64,000 bases of DNA, from the NCBI GenBank assembly GCA_963728205.1, contig CAVSIV010000006.1:1248001-1312000 (forward strand), given 5' to 3'. The position numbers and the translations under genes were made by a program. A model generated the notes under the pieces. That model did not search any database and was not told the origin of the DNA. It saw nothing but the letters and a program-made list of their open reading frames with translations. This stretch comes from an uncultured Chloroflexia bacterium. Its GTDB lineage: Bacteria > Chloroflexota > Dehalococcoidia > UBA2979. The stretch's first letter is position 1. Each line of letters starts with the position of its first letter. Positions 46,047-55,810 of this stretch are shown here, in pieces.

Positions 46047-47150
46047 ATGCCGAAGGTTGGGCGAAATGATCCCTGTTGGTGCGGAAGTGGCGCCAAGTTC
46101 AAGAGGTGCCACTATCGGCGTGCGGATGACCGCGCTCCGACCGTTCAGGACAGGATCGAAGCGGCCCGAAGGACGAACCCGACGGGTTGTCTGGCCCCGG
46201 GCGTGGACGTGCCTCGTCCGGAACCGGCGATCCGCGCCCACTCGATAACACGAGCGAGCAGCCTGAGCCGCATCGCGACTGCAGGAAAGGTCTATGTCTG
46301 GAAGCCCCGGCCCGGGCAGCCAAACAACCAGGCCGGTTATCCTGTCGCCGAACTCGAGGGCATCCGGAAGGCGACGACCTTCACGGGGTTCTGCGCGGAC
46401 CACGACCGAAGACTCTTCACTCCCATCGAACTCGCCGACTTCGATGGGACCAAGGAGCAGGTTGGCCTGCTGGCGTTCCGAGCCCTCTCTCGCGAGCTGC
46501 ACGCCAAGCGCCGAGCGCGAGCGCTACTTGAGCACACCCGAACAGCCGATCGCGGGCGGGCCATTCATGACCAGCACAGGATTCAGGAGGCCCTCCAGCT
46601 GTATGGACGCGGGCTCGACCAGGGACTCGCCGACTTGGAACAAGCGAAGACCGCCTACGACCGGCTCGTCCGTCATACGCAGTATGAGCCCATCCGCGCT
46701 CTCGTCGTCTGGACGACAGACACGCCCGACTTCGTCTCCGGAGCAGGCCTCCTTCCGGAATGCGATTTCGAGGGACGCGGACTCCAAGATCTTCGGGCGC
46801 AAGGAACGCTGGAGTCCATCTTCTTCTCCGCCATCGCGTACGGCGACGGTGGAGCGTTCGTCTTCAGCTGGCTGGAGGGCGAGAACTCGCCTGAACGCCT
46901 GGCGCGCTCGCTCGCCAGGATCGCGCCAGAGGACATTCCTCATGCGATCACTCGCTTCGCATTCGAGTTCTTCGAAAACATCGCGATCGCCCCAGCTTGG
47001 TGGGAGGCTCTCGATCGTTCGAGTCGAGATGCTCCAATTGCTCGTATGCACGCGGGCGCAGATCCAATGAGGGTGCGAAGACCAGACTGCCTACTCGACG
47101 ACGACGTCCGCGCCGCGCGATGGTCAGTTTCAAGGATGGGATGGTTGTAG
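46047..47150 (+). CDS. SEC-C motif-containing protein
   Basis: KVGRNDPCWCGSGAKFKRCH; AHSI and FCADHD motifs. Confidence 0.85.
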   Translation: MPKVGRNDPCWCGSGAKFKRCHYRRADDRAPTVQDRIEAARRTNPTGCLAPGVDVPRPEPAIRAHSITRASSLSRIATAGKVYVWKPRPGQPNNQAGYPVAELEGIRKATTFTGFCADHDRRLFTPIELADFDGTKEQVGLLAFRALSRELHAKRRARALLEHTRTADRGRAIHDQHRIQEALQLYGRGLDQGLADLEQAKTAYDRLVRHTQYEPIRALVVWTTDTPDFVSGAGLLPECDFEGRGLQDLRAQGTLESIFFSAIAYGDGGAFVFSWLEGENSPERLARSLARIAPEDIPHAITRFAFEFFENIAIAPAWWEALDRSSRDAPIARMHAGADPMRVRRPDCLLDDDVRAARWSVSRMGWL

Positions 47151-47410
47151 CAGAGCTACGATCACGATGACGGCATCGTGTGGCAGTGTGCCCTCAACCC
47201 GGGCGCGTCACCGCCGTCGCGTTGAGTTGTCAGCCGACTCGGGGCGCCACGACGTTCTGATTGCCGCGGACCGGTCGGGTGGCTCGGTCCGTTAACTGGG
47301 ACGTAACCGGCCGTCGGTGAGCGTCCCACAGCGGCGGCCCCCGCGGTACTGAGAAAGAGAGCCGGGCCGCCGGTATTCACAGTCTGCTGCACACCGGGCG
47401 CGGGGGCAAT

Positions 47411-48979
47411 ATGCGCTTGCTGACGGCAATCTTCTTGGGGGTCACGCTGTTGGCCGCCGCAACATTGTCGGACTCAACAGGTTGGGCGGAGGCGGCGCCG
47501 GGGAACGTGCTCAGCAGCCTCACCCGGGATGTACCTGATCGCTGCCCCGGTCCGGCCGGCGTGGGTGTCGCCTATCAGCCACACAATATGGACATGCCCG
47601 TTAGTCATCTCTGGTACTCCTGTCAGGATCCAGAAACCAGAACTTCTTCGAATATCTTGTTTACTGTTCTGTCGGGAGACTCAGCGACACCTCGATCCGA
47701 GTGGATCGCGGTCACGGATGGCCAAGGTCACGACGTTCCACTCGAGGCGTTGGCCTGGGACTCGAATGAACAAACGCTCTGGACCGTGGATCGGATTCTC
47801 ACCGGCCCTAAGAGCGGTAACACAGGGCATGGTACTTGCGCGGTCTGGCGGGGGGTGGACGGTCAGCACACAGTCAACATCGGCGGTCAGTGGCTGATCC
47901 TCGCCAGCCTGGCATTCACGTTCAAGTCTGGAGACGATTGCAATTACCCATCGACGCAATCGAACTTCTTTGACGGACTGACTGTCGATCCAGCGACGAA
48001 CACGCTCTATCTCAGCCCTGCCCGGGGAGCGGTCATTCGACATTTCAATAAGGACGGCACGCCCGCGGCGAATGATCCCATTGACTTTTCGGCGCTCACC
48101 CGCGGAATTTGTGGTGGCCGCGGCTGCCGCAGCTCGGGACTGCTTCTGGGCAGGAACGGTCATCTTCTCTCGGCCACGGGAACGAGCGGAAAGCTCGTCG
48201 AAATCGATCCGAGCGGACCGTCAGTGGTTGCCGTCTACGACAGCGGGGCGGGGCGGGATTGGGGTCTCAGCTGTGGCCCGGCCTTTGTCCTTCCGGATCG
48301 AACGCCCGTGAACGCTATCTTCTCTGCCGATCTCCTCTCGCCGAAGCTCAACATCATCGAGGCGCCTCCTGGAATCTGCGACGCACCTGACTATGGCGTG
48401 CGCAACCTCGTGGTATCGCCGCGTGAGGTGAGCGCCGTGCAAGGCCAGGTAGTGACTGTGTCCCTAAGCGGTGAGTACATCGGATTCGGCTCGGAGATCG
48501 TCGCAGCGGGGGACGTTCCGGTGCGAATCCGTGTCCGAGGCGAGGCAACCCGAAGCCGCATCGTGGCCGCGCCCGGCGATCTTTGTTTTGAATACTTCAC
48601 CCCCGTTTCTGATATCAGCCACACATTTCCGGTTCCCTGCGCGGAAGGAGATGTGGGCGGCCCCCCGACGTACCCGCCGTCTATCGGTGGTCAGGCTTGT
48701 CTTGACGGCATTGACAATGACGGCGACAGCCTCGTCGACGGAGCTGACGCGGACTGCCAGATGACCATCACAGAAGCCGATTTCAGGGGACCGTCAACCG
48801 GGAAGTTCGAGACATTCCACCGGGATGTCTCCTTCCTCTGTTACTACCCCGGAGAGTGGTTGATCGGCGCCAGCGTCGACATCACACGGGCGGCCTCAGA
48901 TCCATCCTCTTGGTTGGAGACAGACTTTAGCAATAACAGCGAGTTGACCTACTTCACCTTCGTCTGCACGTCGAACTGA
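47411..48979 (+). CDS. Large secreted Cys-rich protein (putative beta-propeller, Ca-binding motif, CARDB-like end)
   Basis: Signal peptide; ALAWD and GLTVD blade-like motifs; CLDGIDNDGDSLVDGADADC; ETDFSNN; atypical codon usage. Confidence 0.75.
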   Translation: MRLLTAIFLGVTLLAAATLSDSTGWAEAAPGNVLSSLTRDVPDRCPGPAGVGVAYQPHNMDMPVSHLWYSCQDPETRTSSNILFTVLSGDSATPRSEWIAVTDGQGHDVPLEALAWDSNEQTLWTVDRILTGPKSGNTGHGTCAVWRGVDGQHTVNIGGQWLILASLAFTFKSGDDCNYPSTQSNFFDGLTVDPATNTLYLSPARGAVIRHFNKDGTPAANDPIDFSALTRGICGGRGCRSSGLLLGRNGHLLSATGTSGKLVEIDPSGPSVVAVYDSGAGRDWGLSCGPAFVLPDRTPVNAIFSADLLSPKLNIIEAPPGICDAPDYGVRNLVVSPREVSAVQGQVVTVSLSGEYIGFGSEIVAAGDVPVRIRVRGEATRSRIVAAPGDLCFEYFTPVSDISHTFPVPCAEGDVGGPPTYPPSIGGQACLDGIDNDGDSLVDGADADCQMTITEADFRGPSTGKFETFHRDVSFLCYYPGEWLIGASVDITRAASDPSSWLETDFSNNSELTYFTFVCTSN

Positions 48980-49375
48980 TTCGCGGTGCACATGAACCGC
49001 AGGCGTGCACGAAGGGAAGACACCGATGCCACATGGTCCGGCTGACGTGGAGAGGCATGACGATGCGCCCAATCTCGCCGCCGCTCTGCGCCGCTCGGTC
49101 CCGAGACGCGGCACGCCGGTTGGGGTGGCTCTTCATGTTCTGGACGCAATGGACTCACGGCGGGGCGTTGCTACCGGGCCCGTAAGTAGTGAGACGCCGA
49201 CGCGCGAGCTCGGAGTGGTATCCCGCCCCGCGGGAGTCACCGGTAGAAGATCCGATCGGGGACCCGGTCCGCCGATCGAAGCCGTTGTCGTAGATAACGT
49301 CTCTGCTCGCCCGGGCCGTGACCGGCACCCGAGGACGAGCACTATTGCGAGATAGTGAGGCGCGCTCGGGCGCAG

Positions 49376-49590
49376 CTATTTCATGCCAGCGAGGGTGGCT
49401 ACCTCCCGCGCCGCCTCAGTCGGTGAGAGATTCGTGACATCGAGTCGCAGTCTGGCGCCGAAAGGAATGGGCGTCGCGAGGTCGAGCCTGGACATCATGT
49501 CGCGCAGTCGCGGCACATCCTGCATCTTTTCCCGCGCCGCCCTGCCCGGGGACTGGACACGGCTCTCATGTTGAGCCTGCTCACAGAGGA
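49376..49590 (-). pseudogene. C-terminal remnant of a P-loop kinase-like protein
   Basis: LCEQAQHESRVQSPGRAAREKMQD...LRLDVTNLSPTEAAREV*; no P-loop upstream. Confidence 0.45.
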
Positions 49591-50043
49591 CGGCGCAGCA
49601 CGAGCGGGGGCGAGGCGGGTGCGAGGTGGAGGAGGCTGAGCCGCTGCAGGTTCGAAACGAGGACGCAGCGTCACCGGCGGGGATCCCGGCGAGCACGACA
49701 GCTGTCGTGAGGCGATGCGGTGACGCAATCTTCGCAGCGGCATTGGCCAACGGTGCGGGGACGGGCAAGTCGTTCCCGACCGGGCGAGGTGCCGGAACTG
49801 GGTAACCCTGTCACTAGCCTCGGGCGTCGCGGTGCGTCCGCGTTGCCGCGTCACGATGACCTAATAGTGCACCGGCGGATGTGTGCTCACGGTCGGCGTG
49901 AAGGCGTTGCGGCTAGTTCGCTGACCATCTCGATCGCGGCCCCTCGCTTCTCGTGCGCATAGAATCGGCGGTCGACATCTCGACGGCCAGCTCGCCCAGT
50001 GGCATGCAGTTCGGGGTATACGACCGACCGAATGGAGGGTGGC

Positions 50044-50373
50044 ATGGCACAGGGCGCGCTCGAACCGGCGGAAGCGCACCGCCTCACGGCACTCGTGGAC
50101 TACGGCGCGGGCGCCATCGTCAGCCGCGTAATCGGCCGCGGCGACGGCACGAACATCACGCTCTTCGCTTTCGACGAGGGCCAGGAGTTATCCGAACACT
50201 CGACGCCGCAGGACGCCTACGTGGTCGTTCTCGACGGCGAGTGTCGTCTCACGGTTGGAGGCGAGGCGGTGGTTGCCGGACCAGGTGACATTGTGCTGAT
50301 GCCGGCGAATGTCTCTCATGCCGTGCTGGCGGTGACGCGCTTCAAGATGATGCTGGTGATGGTCCGTTCCTAG
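50044..50373 (+). CDS. Cupin domain protein
   Basis: TLFAFDEGQELSEH, MPANVSHAV, FKMMLVM. Confidence 0.9.
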   Translation: MAQGALEPAEAHRLTALVDYGAGAIVSRVIGRGDGTNITLFAFDEGQELSEHSTPQDAYVVVLDGECRLTVGGEAVVAGPGDIVLMPANVSHAVLAVTRFKMMLVMVRS

Positions 50374-50440
50374 CTGTTGGACATGCATCCGCCTGCGGCT
50401 TCATACGGCCGGAGGCGATCGTGGCCGCCAGCCGGACCCT

Positions 50441-51341
50441 TCACATATCGAGTTGAGCCACGGCGTCGGCCGTTCTGAGGAGACCACGGCCGAGAGGTTG
50501 GAGCTCCAGGCGGGTGCACCACAGCCCCGAGGACAGCCGTTCGACGGCGGCCCATTCCCAGGTAGCGGTCTCGTCGAGCCCGGTGCCGTGGGCGAGCCCG
50601 CGAGCGGAGGCGCGGGGATCAGCGGGGTCGATGGGGTCCTGGCGCATGATGACGCCGAGGTCATACTCCGATTCGGCCAGGAGGCCGTCGGGGTCGGTGA
50701 GCTTGTAGCCGTGATCCGCCTTCAGCGCGTTCCATTCGTGGATGTCGCCGTGGACGAGGACGCTGGAGGCGTCGTCGTGCGCGGCGATACGGCGTCCGGC
50801 AGACTCGACGGCGTAGGCGACTGCCTCCTTCGAGCAGGGCCGGTCGAGCTGCTCCCAGGTCCGCGTGATGAAGCCGATGAGCCAGCGGCCTTTTGCGGCG
50901 CCGGTGGGCAGGGGCGAGTCGGGGACGAGGCGCCAGAGCCGCTCTGCCGCCGCGCAAAGAATCTCACGGCGCTGCGAAGCAGGCAGGCCGCTTCTCACCG
51001 AGACGGGCGCCGAGGCGCTCGATGAGCATGGCGCCGCGGGAGAGGTCGGAGCGAAGGAGACGAGCACAGCCGTCACCGTCCGCGAGGCGCAGCACGGTGA
51101 TTTCGTTGCGTGCGCCGTCGTCGTCACGGGGGATGCACACCTTCAAGACAGCGCCGGAGCCGTCCGCCAGGCTCGCGTCCGCGACGAACGCTTCGTTCCC
51201 GCCGTCGTAGGAGCGCCCGACCATGATCGACCACTCGCGTTCGAGTTCGGCGACGAGCTCCGGGAGTTGCTCCAGCCAGTCCTGGTGGCCGCCGGCGATG
51301 GCGTGCTTGTGGACGGCCTCGGGAACGCTGCTGATCGACAT
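50441..51341 (-). pseudogene. Aminoglycoside/hydroxyurea kinase family (APH(6)/StrB-like), frameshifted near 50993
   Basis: AVLKV and MLIERLG in one frame; LVHGDIHEWN and DPDG in another; one extra A. Confidence 0.8.
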
Positions 51342-51539
51342 GCCCGGCTGAACCCCTCGGAGGCGCATCCTACGCGCAGCGGAAGATGCGCACGATGACG
51401 GCATCGTGCGCACGGCGTGCGGCCCGCCGCCGGGCGATGCGCCGCTACGAGAAGGTCACCGCAGTCGACCCATCGGTCCCAGACTAGAATCGTCTGGTCG
51501 TGTTCGATCCAGGCGGACGGGGAGCGGACGGCAGCGGTA

Positions 51540-53102
51540 ATGAGGCTCGGCATCGACTTTGGGACCACGAGCACGGTGGTCGCAGCCTGTGACCGCGGCA
51601 ACTTCCCGGTCGTGAGTTTCGTCGGCGACGACGGGGACGCGACCGAGGCGTACCCGTCCCTGGTCGCCGAGCGGGAGGGACGACTGGTTTACGGCCTGGA
51701 TGCTGCAGCCCGCATGGGCGAGCCGGGCTGGGTGATCCTCCGCTCCTTCAAGCGTCTGCTCGCTCTGCCCGGCGCGAACCTTGCGCAGCCGGTCAGGGTT
51801 GGGACGAGCGAAGTGATGCTGATGGACCTGCTCAGCGGGTTCCTCGCGACGCTGGCGAACGACCTCCGCAAGCGCTCGAACGTGCCGGTGCCGCTGCGAC
51901 CGCGTGAACGCATCGCGGTCGCGGTCGCTACACCCGCGACCGCGCGCAGCCCACAGCGCCTCATGACGCTCGAGGCCTTCCGGAGCGCGGGCTTCGACGT
52001 GGTGGCGATGCTCGACGAGCCGTCGGCGGCAGGCGTCGAGTACGCCCACCGCTACGCCCGGACGCTGACTGCCGGGCGGCAGCGCATCGTGGTCTACGAC
52101 CTGGGCGGCGGGACGTTCGACGCCTCCGTCGTGGACATGCGCGACCGGGCACACGGAATCGTCGCCACGGCTGGCGAACCCTCGCTCGGCGGCGACGACT
52201 TCGACCGCGCGCTCGCTGCGCTCGTGCTCGCGGACCAGGGACGAGCGCAGGAATCCCTCGGCGTCGCCGAATTCGACGCGCTGCTCGAATCCTGTCGGGA
52301 ACAGAAGGAGCGGCTCCACCCGAATTCACGTCGCCTCGTCGTTGAGACGGAAGAGGGGGCGGTCGCAATCTCGGTGCAGCGTTACTACGCGGCAATCGCG
52401 CCCCTCGTCGATCGCACCCTTGCCACGCTGGAGTCGGCGCTCGCCGCCGCAGGCACGGACGGGAGCGACCTTGCCGGCGTCTACGTCGTGGGAGGCGCCA
52501 GCCAGCTTCCCGCGATCGGCCGCTCGATTCGCGCACGCTTCGGGCGCCGTGTGCACAGCTCGCCCTACCCGTCGGCGGCGACCGCCATCGGCCTCGCCAT
52601 CGCGTACGACGCGACATCGGGTTACACGGTCCGCGAGCCACTCGCCCGCTGGTTCGGCGTCTTCCGCGAGGCAACGGACGGCACCGAAGTGACGTTCGAC
52701 CCGATCTTGCCCTCGGACACTCGACGGGCAGAGCACGAAGGGATGCCGGCGCAGGTCGTGCGGCGCTACCAGCCGCGGCATAACATCGGCCACTTCCGTT
52801 TCGTGGAGTGCAGTGGCGTGGATGCGTCCGGCGCGCCCGAGGGCGACCTCTTTCCGGTAGGCGACGTCCTCTTCCCGTTCGATCCCGCGCTCCGCGAGCG
52901 AGGTGATCTGTCGCGTGTGCCAGTCGAGCGACTCGCCGGCGAGGGAACGCCGGTCGAAGAGCGCTACACGGTGGGCCCCACGGGGCTCGTCACGCTGGAA
53001 ATCGTCTCCCTGGACACCGGGTACGCTCGACGCTTCCCGATTGGTGCGTCCTCCGCAGAACGCCCTCAGCGACCGCAGGCCGCCAACCCGCAGGCCTCCT
53101 GA
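51540..53102 (+). CDS. Hsp70 family protein (non-canonical)
   Basis: LGIDFGTT, DEPSAAG, VYDLGGGTFDAS, LGGDDFD, VVGGAS. Confidence 0.88.
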   Translation: MRLGIDFGTTSTVVAACDRGNFPVVSFVGDDGDATEAYPSLVAEREGRLVYGLDAAARMGEPGWVILRSFKRLLALPGANLAQPVRVGTSEVMLMDLLSGFLATLANDLRKRSNVPVPLRPRERIAVAVATPATARSPQRLMTLEAFRSAGFDVVAMLDEPSAAGVEYAHRYARTLTAGRQRIVVYDLGGGTFDASVVDMRDRAHGIVATAGEPSLGGDDFDRALAALVLADQGRAQESLGVAEFDALLESCREQKERLHPNSRRLVVETEEGAVAISVQRYYAAIAPLVDRTLATLESALAAAGTDGSDLAGVYVVGGASQLPAIGRSIRARFGRRVHSSPYPSAATAIGLAIAYDATSGYTVREPLARWFGVFREATDGTEVTFDPILPSDTRRAEHEGMPAQVVRRYQPRHNIGHFRFVECSGVDASGAPEGDLFPVGDVLFPFDPALRERGDLSRVPVERLAGEGTPVEERYTVGPTGLVTLEIVSLDTGYARRFPIGASSAERPQRPQAANPQAS

Positions 53103-53336
53103 CGGAGCGACCGACCGCCGGCGCACTTGAATCCGTGGAACGCTACCGCCTTCGCGCTGGAGGACGTGGTCGCCTCGTACCGCCTGCGCGCCCCGTACCG
53201 ACCGAAGCTCGGGCTCAACCCAGTGCTGCGGGTCCGCAGCGCGCCCGTGCCGGTTTGCACGGGCCGCTTCGCTCGCGGCATAGCCTGCGCCGCTCCACGC
53301 CGAGGCCGGCGACCACACTCTGCCAGTCCGCATCGG

Positions 53337-53382
53337 ATCGGTCAGACGTCCGATGCGATGGATGGCGCGCGGCTCGTACGGT
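53337..53382 (+). promoter_or_regulatory. Palindromic operator and -10 element, copy B
   Basis: ATCGGTC-AGAC-GTCCGAT (53337-53354), 22 nt, then TACGGT. Confidence 0.7.
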
Positions 53383-53447
53383 CACGCAGCATGGCCGCCG
53401 CGTGCGCCCCACGTCCGCGGATAGCCGCAGAGAGGAGAGTGACTCAG

Positions 53448-53885
53448 ATGGCATTCACGACACGACACATCGCGAAGCGATCGTTCGCCGCTGCGCTGCT
53501 CGCGGGCGCGATCCTCCTGTGCCTCGGCGCTCCGGCGCGCGGCGGGACCTATCTGAACACGATGCAGCCGACCGCGACGCTGCGCGGGCGCCAGCTCGAC
53601 GTGACGGTGATCTACGGCTGCGATGCCGGGCAGCACGTCGCGGTGCGCGTCACGGGCACCCAGCGGCACGTTGGGGCGGTCGCCGAGGGAACGTGGCAGG
53701 GCACGTGCGCCCCCCAGCCACAGCAGATCGCGGTGTCGCTCAACACCAGTGGCGCGCTCGCGTTCGTGCCATCGGCATCGGCGCACGAGGTCGTCGAGGC
53801 GTGCGCTCTGGCGGTGACGATGACGCGCGGACTGCCCGACGACAGTCACCAGTGGTGCAAGGACCTGACGCTGATCTCCCCCTGA
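53448..53885 (+). CDS. Secreted 4-Cys protein, paralog B
   Basis: GAGGAG RBS, signal peptide, GCDAG..TC..ACALA..WCKDLT. Confidence 0.75.
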   Translation: MAFTTRHIAKRSFAAALLAGAILLCLGAPARGGTYLNTMQPTATLRGRQLDVTVIYGCDAGQHVAVRVTGTQRHVGAVAEGTWQGTCAPQPQQIAVSLNTSGALAFVPSASAHEVVEACALAVTMTRGLPDDSHQWCKDLTLISP

Positions 53886-54095
53886 TCGCCGGTGTCCCGG
53901 CGGCCTGCGACGTCGTCGCAGGGGCGCGACTCGGGGCCGCGGTCGATTGCGGCGAGCGCGCGAGTTGGTGGGCCGGGGCCCCCGCGCGCGCAGCATGGCG
54001 TCCGGACGGGCCGCGGTGGTCGGCCGAATGGATTGCACTTCCGCTACCCACTACAGTCGCGGACAGGGCTCCGACTGAAGAGAAGAGGAACCGCG

Positions 54096-54390
54096 TTGCC
54101 GAAGTTCGCGCAGCTCAAGCCCGAGGAAGTTCGCATTGGCCGTGAGCGTTCTGCGGAAGAGGCTCGGAAGCCGTACCTCGACGCCCTGCAGGTGAGCGAC
54201 GCCGGCCAGATCGATCTCGACCGCGGCGAGATCCCCTCGACCGTGAAGCGCCGCCTCGCGGACGCCGCGGCTGAGCTCGGTGTCAAGGTTCGATTCGAGC
54301 TGGACCGACGCGAACCAGCGCAGCCTGGTCTGGAAGAAGTCGGGCAAGGGCGCCGCGTCGCCGCGTCGCGGTCGGCCCCCGAAGAAGTAG
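54096..54390 (+). CDS. Small basic protein with C-terminal AT-hook (apparent +1 frameshift near 54294)
   Basis: GAGG RBS and TTG; removing one T gives KVRSSWTD...PRRGRPPKK*. Confidence 0.65.
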
Positions 54391-54393
54391 GCC

Positions 54394-55251
54394 TCAGCGG
54401 TGGTCGCGGTCGTAGAGCGCGACGGAGAGCACGGCGTCGACGCGGCGCGCGAGCCATGATTCGCCGCCCAGCCGGTCGAGCGCGAGCAGCGGACGCTCCA
54501 CGAGCCAGGTGAGGCCGGACTCGGGCGCCGAGGTGCGCCCGACCTCCTCCCCGAAGCCGCGCACGACGGCGGCCATGCGCGCCCGTGCGACCTGGCTGCC
54601 GAGCTTCCGCGGGCTGCCCACGACGTCGTCCATGCCGGCCGGGTAGGCGCAGACCTCCGAGAGCCACGGCGGCAGATTCCAGCGGAGCGCGGCCGCCCCC
54701 GCGAGCTCGGGCAGTGAGAAGCCCGCCACCTCGCGGACGGCGTCGTCGATGCCGATGTCCTCGCGCTCGCTCCGCTCGATGCTCCGCTCGAGCGTCGAGG
54801 GCGCGTGCTGGTCGAGGAGCAGCAGCCCGAGGCGGTGCAGCAGGCCCGCGGCGAACGTCTGGTCGTGGTTCATGCCATCGGTCGTGGCGGTGAGCACTCC
54901 GAGCACGCCGACCGCTGCCGCGTTTCGCCAGAAGGGCGTCGACCGGAGCACGCCGCCGCCATCGTGTCCCAGTTCCGAGGCAACCGCGGTGGCGATGGCT
55001 GCCGAGTGCACGGGGCGCCATCCAATCTCCTGGACGGCACGGCCGAGCGACACCGGCGGTGGTGGGAGGGGCATCCCGAAGGCTCGGTAGACCCGCACGA
55101 TGAGACCGCGGTCCGCCGCGAGGAGATAGCGCTCGAGCTGCGCGTCCGCCTCCGGGTCGTCGCCGCGGATCGAGAGGATGTCGTTGAGGCGTCCGAGTGA
55201 CGGATGCGTTGCCGCTACGTCGCGGATGATGCGGTCGAGGTCCGTGGGCAT
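54394..55251 (-). CDS. HDOD domain protein
   Basis: SLGRAVQEIG, FWRNAAAVG, FAAGLLHRLG, RWNLP; start approximate. Confidence 0.8.
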   Translation of the reverse strand: MPTDLDRIIRDVAATHPSLGRLNDILSIRGDDPEADAQLERYLLAADRGLIVRVYRAFGMPLPPPPVSLGRAVQEIGWRPVHSAAIATAVASELGHDGGGVLRSTPFWRNAAAVGVLGVLTATTDGMNHDQTFAAGLLHRLGLLLLDQHAPSTLERSIERSEREDIGIDDAVREVAGFSLPELAGAAALRWNLPPWLSEVCAYPAGMDDVVGSPRKLGSQVARARMAAVVRGFGEEVGRTSAPESGLTWLVERPLLALDRLGGESWLARRVDAVLSVALYDRDHR

Positions 55252-55810
55252 CTGCTCTCGCTCTCGTTCCAACTGCTCGTGCCGTGCCACCGTGGCCGTC
55301 GGGGGCATCCCGGCGGGTATGCCGCGCCGCACCGGCGCGATGCGCAGCGATCCGGCGCCACCAGGCCGCTCCGGGCATGGCGCGGAGCGAAGCGCTGTGC
55401 GGTGTCTACGTGAGCGGAGATCGAACCGGCCGGTCCCGTACGACTCCGGAAGTTCAGGAAGCGGCCGGGCACCGCCTCATGCTCCCTCCCCCGGACCCTC
55501 CACGGATGCTAGGAACGTGAGCCCGCACGCGACAGCGCGCTGTGCGCGGTGAAACCCGCGAATCGACCGCCGCGCGACGGCACGACGAACCAGCGGCCAC
55601 CGGCGATCCGACGCCGGAGCTGGCGGATCCGGGTCGTTCCCACCACCGAATCCGGGTCGCCATGCGCTGGGCCGGCATCCGGGGTGGCGGAGTCCGGCTC
55701 GCCGGCTCGCAGGTGGCTTGCGCTGCGGCGAAAGCGTAGAGCGAGCCACCGATAATGTGGTGGCCGTGGGCTCGGCCACGGCCACCACGTCGGTTCGGAC
55801 GGAGGGAGCC

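Noticed and set aside
50441-51341. Streptomycin resistance determinant
   Set aside because: Family-level kinase similarity only, frameshifted, substrate unknown
53311-53326. CACACTCTGCCAG as attR copy of the selC 3' end
   Set aside because: Match too short and gapped to exceed chance
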